Shown piece after piece: positions 24,742 to 36,800 of a DNA stretch of 64,000 nt (the first letter of the stretch is position 1; each line of letters starts with the position of its first letter). The notes beneath the pieces are model-generated. The model was given only the letters and a program-made list of their open reading frames with translations, searched no databases and had not been told where the DNA came from. Source of the DNA: Catajapyx aquilonaris. Taxonomy: Eukaryota. The position numbers and the translations under genes were made by a program. The stretch is from positions 124,001-188,000 of the forward strand of contig KZ537976.1 in NCBI GenBank assembly GCA_000934665.2. The letters are read 5' to 3'.

Positions 24742-27700
24742 TCACGAGCTGACCGAGGGCAGGCGGAACTCCCTGCGTATGTAGAAGAGGATGTAGGCCT
24801 TGCACTTGGCCACAGCCGACGCCTCCGTGGGTTTGACTGTGCTGTCGTTGAAGTTGAACCACTGGCCGTCGTTGATGGCATACGCTGTGTAGTGTCCCGA
24901 GGCAGCCCTGGAAAAAAGTACAGCAGCATCAGTACGACCTGTACAGGTGAGTGCAAGAAAGCCAGTTTCAATTATAATAATGCCGATACATCGTAATAAG
25001 GTGACAACTCCATCAGACTACAAAAGTGTGCTTGCACGTAAGGAAAAGTCCACCAGAAAATGTGTTAATATTTAAAAAGAAGCACCCTGGCCTTCGTTAC
25101 TTGTGAATGCTAGCATGCCATAGCCGCTGCTCCAAGAGTTTCCTTGCAACTGAAACTTGCGGAACTATAACCAATATTTAATGAGAGACGAGCCCAGGTA
25201 CATGTCAGCTTCCCACAAACACGAAGGTTATTCCACCACAAAGGGATGTCAAGGGGGCAATGGGGAGGGTAGCGACATGCTTCTGGCAGGCCAGGCAAAG
25301 TCTTAGATTACAAGTATATTTGGCAGAATTTCAAGAATCGCGTCTTTTCAATTTGCATAGCGAAGTGTGCACAGAGGAAGTCAGCGATGAGTACAACTGA
25401 CCCTGATCCGTGATGGACGATGACGGCAGCGAGGTCGTACAGGTTGGTCCCCGTCCCAGAGCGCCTTGTTTCGTGCAAGTTGCTAAGGATGTACTTGGAC
25501 ATGTCAAGGGCTGTGAGTGGGAACTGGATGTAGGCATCCACCTTCGTCCGGAAGTAGTTGTTCCATCGGAAGCGCTTGAGGTGCAGGCACAGCACGTTTG
25601 GCAAGCGCCGAATCCAGAACCTCTTGGTGGAGCGGCGCTTGCTCTTGCAGTTGTTGCAATAGTACAGCTCCGTCTCCGCAAGCTCCTCAATCTCTATGAA
25701 CGAGGTCAGGCAGTCTGCCAGGGTGGAAGAGAAAAGAGCGGAGAGACTGGTTATCTCAACATGTGGTTTCCAACCGGCAATCCCTGCAAAAATGCTGAAT
25801 CGCTCAGCAAAACACTTTAACACCTACAATGGCACGGTGCATTTGCAGTACTCAGAAATCTGTAACAGTAACACAACGAGCCCGGCGCAATCGAGATAAA
25901 CTGTAAAAGCACGGCTCTTTCTTCGTCAAATGGTTGCCTCGTCTCATTGACCATTTACTAGTCAATCACCATGGCTTATTCACCCCATTTACATGCCAAT
26001 GCAACCCAGTTGACTTCACAGCTGTGCCGCAAGGTCCCCCCAATCATAGCCTATTTAGGGAGACCAATGGCAGACACTCGTCACAACAATCAGGTCTTTC
26101 TTGCATTGCCCTTTTTTTGAATGGCATGTTAGGCTGACACTACTGCGCACGTTAAAGGTTCATGCAACGTTATTCAGGCGGAGGTTAATGCACAATCCTC
26201 TCTAGGCCATGGTCAAGGGCGACACCCAAGGCCAAGAGCCAGCTGACTCCCACGCATAAGGCCTTCCAACGCAGTCTCGGCTGCCCACTAAATCCACATG
26301 AAAGCGTCTGCATTTTACATTCAGTTTATAGTTTGTTCAATGGAAGAATGCAACCATGTCACTCTCTGTATCAATGAATGACTCGCAGGTTGCCTTGCGA
26401 CTAATTCCGATTGATACAGAAAGTGACGCCATGGCATTCTTTCACTGAACTACAATGTCCATTGCAGGCAAAACTACCGTTCATATTAGGCCAACTGTTT
26501 GTTTTTTTGGGATGGTGAAGTGCTTTTTCGCAACCAAGTAGTCATATTTGCAACTCTGACAATGCAATCAGTTTTAATAATAAATTTACAACCATTTCAT
26601 GCTGGCTTCAGGTACAATATATAAAGGATAATAGAAATGTCCTCCGTCTCCGTTAGTCATGTACGTTGAACTGATAAGCTTGTCTATAGTACTAATTGAA
26701 GAAGTGCTATCTACCGCCAACGTGGCAAAGTTGATCCATGCAATTGCACAGGCAGCTTGCAAAACCCAACCGTATATTTGCCTAGATTCCAATGTCAATA
26801 TGTGCAAAGTTACAGCTGCCGATGTCGCCGATGGGGTATTCCAAACCCAAGCTGTCTATTTCCCATTAATTCTTCTTACGTCCAAGTCAACAATGCACAT
26901 GGGTCACAACACACTACATCCATAGGCCAGAGGTCGTACAACCACTTGGCCCCGCCACTCACCCGAAAGCGTGCAGGCAGGCGCTACGTCCTCCCCACTT
27001 CCTTCCTTAGACTTCTTTCCGCCCCCATTGCCACTCCCTCCTGACCCTGACCCGCTCCCGTTGGACACCCCAGACCCCACAAACTTCTCCGGTATATCCA
27101 GCGAGAGGTCCAGGAACGGGTCGTGCTTCTTGGACTCCACCCCGCAATGGAGGCAGTGCACTTCGTTCTGCAACGTCCCGCCAAACACGCTGGTAACAAT
27201 GGATGACTTCCCCCTGTGGCCCAGAGATATGTAGGGCGAGTCACGGAGAGTCAAGTCGGGAAGAAGGTGCAAGAGCTCCGTGTGGAGACGATCCAGCATG
27301 TAGCGGAGGAACTCGTGCGCATCCTGCTGCTGGTATCCTCGGAAACGGGGCACAACCTTCCATATGACGTTGAAGAGCGACTCTGGGGAGATGGCCCCCT
27401 TGCCGTTGGTCCCCGAGAGAGTCCCCTGATTCAGGCCGATCAAGATCTTACGCAGCTCTTCGGCCATCATGGCCTCGCTCATGTCCCTCATCCGCGACGA
27501 GTACACCCTCTTCCCGTTGGCCGGCTTAAGCTGGTCCAAGGAAGGAAGCTGCTTGAAGTAACAGCAGAACTCCTGGATGTTGCTGAGCGACTGCAGGACC
27601 GCATTCATGAAGCACGTGTTGCCCAGGTTCCGAAGCCCGACCACACGCTTCTCAGTGCGTGACTGCGGTTCAAGCTTTATGTCGCGCCGCCGCTTCATCC

Positions 27701-30204
27701 CGCTCCTGCCGCGGTTTTCGATCCCAGGGCAGCTGTCCTCTGAACCGGCTCGCTTTCTGACCCGCCGTGGCCTCAGGTTGCGAGCCATGCCCTCCCAGCT
27801 CGGACCCTCTTCGGGCGGCGCCTCTTTACTGGTCTCCTTCTCTGCCTCCTCCGAGATCCCATTTGTGACTCTGCCTGCCTGAAGGACTTCCCTGGCACGT
27901 TGAAGGTCCTCTGTGTCATTGGCAACAAACTCGTCGCATATGTAGCAGTATGCGCACAGGTTCTCGCAGTCCATGCACACGCTGTGATTCCCCCCTTCCT
28001 GCTCCCAGTGCGCTTTCGCATGTCCGTTCACGTAGCGACCACAGTTCACCTCCCCGCAGTGCATGCATATCCACGGGCTCTGTGGCGTCTTGCAGGCTGT
28101 GAACAGACAGAAAAATGCAAGGTCAATGATGCATGACTCACTGCAAAGTGCATTCATTGCAGTCAGGGGGAATGCCCACTTACGTACTGCATGGTGTAAC
28201 AACTAAAGGGTCATGCTGGACCTGATCCAAAGAAGGGTTGGAGCCACTGCTGGCTGGCAATGATTTTGCTCTGTGTCCAAATGCAATTATTTACTACCAA
28301 GAATTACTTTAAATTTATCTGGATTCAGGCCTGCAAATTTTCACTTGTGCAAGAGGCCTCCCGAAGCGCTATGATAATTACAACACCAGATGCCTTGTTG
28401 TTAGGCAAAAGCAATTTGCAGCGAAAAGCTCCACAAATAGAATCTCCTCTCCTGTAATTTTCCCTACAGGCTGCCCTTGACGTAAAACATCTCGTTAAGT
28501 TTCGGTGAATGCTGGAGTTGATTGTCTCTCGTTACGGACGTGGCACCCAGATGTGAGAGGTCTGCACGTGGCAGCAAGTACACCTTTGCGACGCTTCATT
28601 ACGTGGCTGATTCTTCTTGAAATGTGCCCCCATGGCGCCCAACAAACCAGCTAATTATTCTGATATTCTAAGCAGTAAACATCAGCAGTTACTAATGAGC
28701 GGCATCCCATTGATATACTAACGTTCATATACTCTGAGGGGGAAAGACGCATGATAATGATGTCTGGATGACATTATTTTTATTACGTACACCTAATAAC
28801 TATATATATATTTTTAAATATCCCGCACCAAGACAGGTGAATTATCACCAATCCAGACAATATCGTTCTGTAGTTTATTTCATTAGTGAAGCAGCACGGA
28901 GGTCATCAGCATTTAGTCGCTGTCGCTGGAAACAGCATTGCCAATCCTTGACTGGCCACTGACTCCAGGTTGGCAGTACTGTTGCAGTGACAGTCAGGGT
29001 GCCAACTGAATTTTAGTGCCTGCATTGGCAATATTGTCGCAGGGTGCCAACTGAATTTTACATTTTACTGACTCCAGGTTGGCAATAGCGACAGTGACCA
29101 ACAGGGGGGAAGGGGGGGAGAAGTGGGGGGGAGGTGCCATTCATTTACTCTGAGAGGAAGAAGCATGTCTTGATGACAGCAATGATTACGCGAATGATTA
29201 TTATTTGTGTGTGCATTCATTATTGCATTGATTAATAACTAATTAATTTCTGAAGCATCCCACACCAAGACAGGCGAATCATCGCCAATCCTAAAGTCGT
29301 TCTACAAGTTGATTTCATTCGTTAGTGAAGCATCATCAGGACATCAGTAATCACTGGACGCAGCATTGCCAACCCTTCACTGTCCAAGTGACTCGAGGTT
29401 GGCAATACTGCCGCAGTGACAGTCAGGATGCCAACTGAATTTAGTGACTGCATTCTGCATTGGCAATGCTGTCACAGGGTGCCAACAGAGATGCCCAGTG
29501 ACTCTGGGTTGGCAATAGTGTCACAGGGACCATCAGGCTGCCAACTGACTTCTGTCAGCTCGTGACTGGCATTGGCAATACTGCCCTAGTGACAGTCAGG
29601 GTGCCAACAGAGTTATCGAGTGGACCTGTCCATGTCCCCCCCAATGCAAATGACAGACCACTTCTCAACAATGGCCTCCCCCCAACAATGCTCGTATGCA
29701 GATTCCCACCCCCGAATCCTCTTTTTCCCACCCACCCTACCACCCACTCATCCCACCACCCACCTCTCTCCCCCACCCCCTCCCTCTCCTCCTCCCAAGG
29801 CTACATGCTCCAGTATGGATTTTCCTCCATCCCTCCCTCCCCCCTCCCAAACCCCTGCACATCTCTCCCATCCCCAACAGATGTCCACAACACTTGTTTA
29901 TTTTTTTTTCTCTCTCTCCATTGTGACGTAACATATCTACTGCAGCGTCCCGACACCAAAAAAAAAGTGGGTGGGTAGGTGGAGCAGACGGGCCGCAACC
30001 TTGAAAAGGGTCGATTCTCCCCNNNNNNNNNNNNNNNNNNNCCCCCCCCCCCCCCATAATATTCAAAGTAAAAAAAAAAAGTCCAGCCAACTTTTCCAGT
30101 GGGAGGGTCAGCATTGACCTGACCTTACCTGCGCACTGCCATTGTGGTCCTCCCCGTACGATCTGCAAGGACCGCACGCTCCCCTTCAGATGCGGGCATT
30201 CCAT
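24742..30204 (-). CDS. USP3: Ubiquitin carboxyl-terminal hydrolase 3 (ZnF-UBP + USP catalytic domain), about 562 aa, 4 exons
   Basis: Exons 30129-30204, 26963-28096, 25402-25714 and 24742-24907 (TGA). The N-terminus MECPHL matches vertebrate USP3. Also present: Zn[28 protein letters not shown], Cys box [23 protein letters not shown], His box HHGSGAASGHY, and WFNFND. Confidence 0.94.
26335..26450. repeat. Imperfect hairpin (probable MITE relic) in USP3 intron 2
   Basis: GTTCAATGGAAGAATG...GTCACTCTCTGTATCAAT pairs with ATTGATACAGAAAGTGAC...CATTCTTTCACTGAAC. Confidence 0.6.
28731..29620. repeat. Diverged ~420-bp tandem duplication containing an array of TGCCAA...TTGGCA units, in USP3 intron 1
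   Basis: Copies start near 28731 and 29147 (e.g. ATCCCGCACCAAGACAGGTGAATTATCACCAATCC vs ATCCCACACCAAGACAGGCGAATCATCGCCAATCC). CAGGGTGCCAAC and GTTGGCAATAC-like motifs recur throughout. Confidence 0.8.
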
Positions 30205-30817
30205 ATCTGTTTACAAGTAGTGTTGTCCTTTCTCCCACCCAACAATGAACCCCCACACCCAGGGTGTCTTTTTTGTTACATATATATCCAGGAGCCGAGA
30301 ACCTTTCACATGTCAGCTCGGCCCGACCCGGCCCCACTTTTTGAAGCCCAGAAAAAGGGTGAATGCATGAGAGACCGGATCACTTCCCCCCCTCCCCCCT
30401 CTCAACTATACAGTCCGGATTGCGGGTCAACCTCCGCCCGAATAAAGTAGTCCTCGCACTTCTCTGTTGGGAACACTGCAACAAGAGAAGAGAGAAAGAG
30501 AGAGAGAGAGAGGGAGAGAGAGAGAGAGAGAGGGGCGGAGGGATACACGACATGCAACTGCAGTCACAGTTGCCAGACCAAGAAGGCTGCAGACTCCGGG
30601 ACCAATTTTGGTTCCGGATCCCCCCGATAGATGTCGCACTTAGCCGCTGTGCTACATCCAGCTGCTTTTTATTATTATTATCCAGGATGTTTCGAATGTA
30701 GCTGCTGTGCTTTGTTCTAGCACCACCAGCCACCAAGTTCTTTAGTTCTAGTCCTGGTTCGGTTCTTGTGTGTTCCAAGAGAAGGGCGTGTGTGAATGCT
30801 GGTTGACCGGGCCCGGT
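30205..30817. promoter_or_regulatory. Probable bidirectional promoter plus 5' UTRs of USP3 and the MTMR10-like gene
   Basis: 613 bp between divergent start codons (30204 minus, 30818 plus). Contains a (GA)n tract. Confidence 0.65.
30486..30532. repeat. Imperfect (GA)n microsatellite
   Basis: Visible run of AGAGAG... within the USP3/MTMR intergenic region. Confidence 0.85.
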
Positions 30818-33800
30818 ATGACGCACAGCTTCAAGAGCTATGTGGATCTGGACGAGCACGAGCTGTCCGAACTGGACTTCCCACCGGAGGACCAGGTCCA
30901 GTTCGAACCGAGGTTGCTGCCAGGTAAATGGGCAACGCAAAGGGCTGTTCTTATGGAATAGAACGCTGTCAGCTCATGTTGGGTTATTAGAACCAAACTG
31001 AAGCGTACTTGGACAATTAGAACGTGTTTAAGTTACGTACTAGTTGCTACCGGGTAATGGGACGCAAGAGTGCGCTGTTCTTGTAATGGAACACTACGAC
31101 AGCTCATGTCGTGTTGGTAGTAAACTCACAGCGTACTGGCCACATTTAAATTAAAAAGTACATTACATAGTACGCAGAATGTCCACTGCATACTACAATG
31201 TCGAGTTACTTGCTAGAAGTAAAGGCCCGTACACACAGGCCGTCGACGGTTTTGGTTTTTGGTCGCGTTGACGCCGCGGACCAATCATGACTCATGTAAA
31301 CAAGTGCAACCCATTGTTTAGAGCTTGTTTACATGGGTCATGATTGGTCTGCGGCGTCAACGCAACCAAAAACCAAAACCGTCGACGGCCTGTGTGTATG
31401 GGCCTTAAAGGTGCGTTTACATGTGAGTGATTTGATACCGCGATGTCATTGCCGAGTAACCCAAGTCACGAGTATTGTTTTCAGAGGTGAACATCGATTG
31501 TTACTTTCATCTCAAACAATATTGGTTACTCAGGTTACTCAGTGCACCGCTCGGCAATGACATCGAGCAATAAAATCGCTCACATGGAAACGCACCTTTA
31601 ACTCACAGCGTACTTGGGTGATTAGAACACACAGCATTTAATATGCCCATACATTGTTCGCAGCAAGTCTGCTGTACTCGAAAACGTCAAGCAACTTGTT
31701 CCGCCTGATTGGGTCGAAACACATGCACATGTTGGTAATTAATTATTTAATTGAAGTTAATTTCATGTAGTGGAAAAAGTAGCTCATGTTGTGTTGGAAG
31801 TAAACTCACAGCATACTGACTGCATTTGCTGTATTTGATGGCACATAAGACGCACGGGCATATAAGACGCACCCTCATTTCAGCAAATCATGTTCAGGAA
31901 AAAAATGCTTTTAGCATATTTTTGCATATAAGACACAGGACGATTTTTTGAGTAATTTTTGGGGGAAAATAGTGCATCTTACAAGCCGTCAAATGCGGCA
32001 AATAAATAAGTACATTCTCTTACATACGTAACAAGTCCCCTGCACACTGAAATGTCAAGGACCACATGCATCATCTACTAATTTATGTTAATTTATCTAC
32101 AGTGGAAAAAGTATTGTAAAGTTATACTTTTTTCTACAGGTGAGGTGGTGGTTGCGGAAGCGAAGAATGTGCTCAAGTTTGCGTCGCTCAGCGATAAGAA
32201 GCAAGGGGTGTCCGGTTCCTTGTACGTGAGCAATTTCCGGGTGGCTTTCATCACCACGGAGGACCTGGGCAGAGGCGAAGTCAGTCGGGGACAGCAGAAC
32301 CGGGTGCTGGGGGAGAACGACATTTGCTTGCTCAATATAGATCAGGTGTACCAGGTGGTTGGAGATAAGAAGAAGAAGCTGAATCCGGGAGTTAGTGTTT
32401 TTAAGAAGGTCAAGGAGGTTCAGATTATGTGTAAGGTAAGGAAGATATTAATGTAACCTTACAGAATATGGTACTAAATAAGCGTTTTGTGTTTGACAGA
32501 ACTTTCGAGTGCACTCGTTCAGCTTCAAGTTCTCGCCGATGGATGATGGGAGGATATTCACCAATGCTCTGATGCACCATGCCTTTCCGGAGAGACATGA
32601 CCGGATATTCGTGTTTGATTACAGGTTGGAAGATTTAGAGTTGCAGTCATGCATGATGCTAAATTAACGTGTGTTCCAGTGAGCCGCCACCGCCATCCTT
32701 AGGTGGAACACGTCTCTTTTCCTCTGCTTCAGACTGGATGGACGAGCTGGAGAGAACTAAATGCCCTGGTTGGAGATTGTCCAGGGCTAATGAGGCCTTC
32801 CGGTCATTCCCTTAGTAAGTGTTGCTTTTCCAGAATTTTATAGGTTCGCCTTTGTGGACTTTTCATATTTGAATTTTGTAGGGAAGGTGTGCGTGTAACC
32901 TTCCTTGAAGAATAAGATATTCCCTCATAAATTATCTGCAAGTGCTATCTAGAAATTGTAAATAACTTAGTGCAGGAAGTACTCAAGGTTGCAAGTGTTT
33001 ACTGCACACAGGGTAATTCACAGGGATGAATCATTTTTGCCATGTAGGGTTTTAAATAGCACTGTAATAAATGTGAGTAAGTCTTATGGCTGTGGGTTAC
33101 CCTTTATTCATGTGTGCGTTTTTAACCCTTTGATGGCGGAGTTTTTTTGGCCATTTTAGTCTCTTTATGAAAAAGAAATCTAGTAGGAGTAATATTAATG
33201 AAAAACAATATGCTCCAATATTTATCATTTCAACTCGTGGTGGTCCTTTTGAATATAAAATGCCGAAAAAATTCATCTACAGGGTGGTCCAGAAAAAATT
33301 TTAACGTGCAATTAACTTGAAACGTAATTAAATTTATTTAAATTTTTAACGTCACTATAAAATTGTTACTGTGGTTACATAATACTACTAAAACACTGTA
33401 CTTTGAGAAATTACTACGAGTCCAGACGTCGCATGTTGTCAAAAACTTTCAGGTGGGAGGGGGTATGCTTAGCTCCCGCTGGGAGGCGGGAAAACTTATT
33501 AGCATACGCCATGATGGTTGAGCCCCCTTCCACGAGGTGGTAGGAGCAGTTTGAGCCTCAAACTGCGCCATTTTTGTGTAAACTCTAGTGCTCCCCGTTC
33601 AAAAACCAGCAGGACATCATATGATGTCCGTCGCCATCAAAGGGTTAAATATATGCCAGGTGGTGCAAGACGTGCATCTTCCTTTTGCACTTGGGTTTTT
33701 TTTTGCAATTTTCTTTGATATTAATGGAACACCTTAACAATAAATATGATGCCAACACTGCTTGACATATTGCCGATATTGGCGTGACAAATTTTACAGT

Positions 33801-36800
33801 TGCATGTTGGCAGTTCTGTGGAGGGCAATTAGCATGCTTTGTGGGAGGAAATGAAAGAAAACTGTAAATCTCAAGAATGGAATTGCTATTTTGTCAAGGC
33901 ACTGCCACTAATGTGATGCTTACTTTCAGCTGCGAAGTATACTGTCATGAAAAGCATTTATCTCAAAATCGTAGGGCCTCGACTAATCGAATAATAAAAA
34001 GTACACGATGGTTGTTTGTGGAGGAAAGCCACTACTAAATCTCTCTTGGAATGTCACATTCACCTTATTATTTATGACTGAAAATATTTGGCTCCTGTCC
34101 ATATGCTCAGAATAAAAAGCTTGTGTAGGCGGGATGAGTTATTTGAGCAGTCAGGAAGTTCAGTGTTGCTCAATTGGACTCTGTTGAGAAAGCATATGTG
34201 GCTTCTGGTTGGGGTATAAGCTAGGGTAAAATAGTGAAAGGCAAATAAATGTTGGCAAGGGTGTTGGCCATCGACCTGGCAACAAAAACGACAAGTGGTG
34301 GAAGGACATCCTGCATGTATTGTAGGCTCACAGCACTACTCTCATTGCTCGTACATGGTGTTCAAATTGTTGTGTTCATAATGATTAGTGATTTTGTGCC
34401 ACTGAACTTTTATTGTTAAGGTGTTACTTTTACAAGTTATCAAAAATATTAACTGCAACTATTACATGTTTGAGGTCACCATTTTCAGCCAATCACTATC
34501 ACGAGCCAAGGTTATTCTGTATATGTTTGCACCTTTAATATTTAAAGATATGTGGTAGATATAACAGACAAGGTGTTACATGCTTGGAAAAATCTCTGGT
34601 AGAGTACACACCTGCAATGCTTGTGAAATAGGCTCTGAGCCATTAAAATGTGTTGATGGTGCAAAAACTACAAGTGCAAACTTCACATTTGCAGCCTCCC
34701 AGAAGCATTTGTGGTGCCCAGAAGTGTGGTGGACCAGCGTATGGAGGATGCAGCCCTCCATTTCCAAGGTCTGAGGCCGCCAGTCTGGTCCTGGGGATGC
34801 GAGAAGGGGGCCGCCCTTGTGAGAATGGCTCACCTGCACCCGGGAATACCAAATAGGTAGAGCTTTTTGAATGAGTCGGTTATTGCAAACTGGATTTTCA
34901 TAACTGTGTTGCTTTTTTTGTTAATCAGTCCCCATGAGAATGTCATGCTGGAGCTTGTACGAAAATCACATCCAACTGCACAGCCTCCAATCATACTAGA
35001 CCTCCAGGTGTCTCTGCCCAGTCCAAAGGATGTCAACAACAGCTTTCAGAAGCTGAAAGAGCTCTGTACACCAGGTGAGTTTCAGGTGTGCATGTTAATC
35101 TGTAGTGTACAATCTGCATGAAAATAGGCATCCAGTAACGTCATCGCAATAGTAGCTTCGTAATTTTCTTGCCTCCTTCTATATCAAGGTCAAGCATGAG
35201 TGCAGAGGAAGGTTTAGATTAATTTTAGTGCTGCAGCAGTATTGCATGCTACACCCTGTTGTTGTTATGTTATTTCTCCACCTCCTTCCCAGCTTGGTAA
35301 AAAAACATATTAGATAAAGTGGCCTGTGGTGTGATAAGGCACTACTTCTGTTATCATGACTTATGTCACTGTCTAATTTTGGGGTTGAAGAAGTTCATGT
35401 GTTGTCTAGCTCATAGGCAGGTTTACAAGTGTTTGTTGCAGGGAAGGGAATGTGTCTAGTCACAATGCTGCATATCACTGCAACAATAAATTACTTTCCG
35501 TAGAGCTTCTCATGATGGAACATGTTTAATTTTTTGACGAATACAATGAGTGAATTTTTGAGGGAGAAAGCATGGAGTGCATGTGTGTATGACTTCTAGG
35601 TACGAGGTCATCAAAAAAGCAGCAGTCAGCCAGAAAATTCACTTACTATCGCAATGCTTCATGTTTACCTTTGCGCAGAGACCTATATTTGATTAATTTG
35701 CATTCATTATCGACAGAAACTGTACGCCACTTCTGGCAACAAGATGGCCATTTCCTGAGCCACTTGGATGCCACCAAATGGCTTCAGACAGTTTCTTCCT
35801 GCCTGGAAGTAGCTGCACAAGTGGTCCATGAAATTACAGCTAAAAATGCATCTGTCGTTCTGCAAGGTAAGGTTCTGCAGTTGCTTTCAGTTACCTGTCA
35901 CTGATCCTGATTTGCTTCCGCAGAGGGCCAGGCTTGTGACATGAGCACATTGGTGTCCAGCTTGGCACAACTTTTGCTGGATCCCCACTTTCGCAGTTTG
36001 AAGGGCTTCCAAAGTTTGATACAGAAGGACTGGGTAGCTCTAGGGCACCCCTTTGTAGATCGACTGACCAGGGTCAGGGACAAGGAAGCTGAACAGGTCA
36101 GTTCAAACTTTTTCTGACGTATGGACCTTACCTTCTGAATGCTTTTTTTGGTCATGGGATTTCTTCAGCTATTGTTGTTGTGTTTGTGTGTTTGTGATAC
36201 AACATAGTTGCAATTGAAATGGTGTACGGCATATACATCAAGGTTGAAATGGAACTATATGCAAAGTTTTTCATGAGAAACAATCCAAAAAGAGAAAACG
36301 CGGCAATCTCTTTGAGTGGGTGTTCTCATGGATTCAACTCATACTTCCCTAACAACCTGGGAGTAGACACCCTGCCACCAGCCCTGCTTATGCTCAGAAG
36401 AAGGGTGCAACTGTCTCAGAATCTGTCAATAAGTTCTTCCACATATATGTATTTAAATGTTTGGCACATGAGCTTGATGGATGTATGTTCTTGGCACGCA
36501 ACTTCTTGGATGGCTTTTACTTCCTGTCTGCTTGTTACATGCACTGTCATGTATCGTGGATGAGATGTGTTCAGAAGAAATTCATGGCGACTCCTTGTGG
36601 CTTTCTATGCATAGGTCAAGGTATGGTATCCCTCCAGTAAATGGATTTTAAATAATGATAATGCAATATGAAAATGATGTGGCCTTTATTTCAGTCTCCG
36701 TTGTTCCTGCTGTTCCTGGATTGTGTCTGGCAGCTGCTTCAACAGTTTCCAACTGCATTTGAGTTTACTGAGACATATCTGACCACTTTGTGGGACAGTG

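Noticed and set aside
28930..29620. Repeat-spacer-like pattern resembling a CRISPR array
   Set aside because: The repeats are degenerate and irregularly spaced, the interiors are related to each other, there are no cas genes, and it lies in a spliceosomal intron of a eukaryotic gene.
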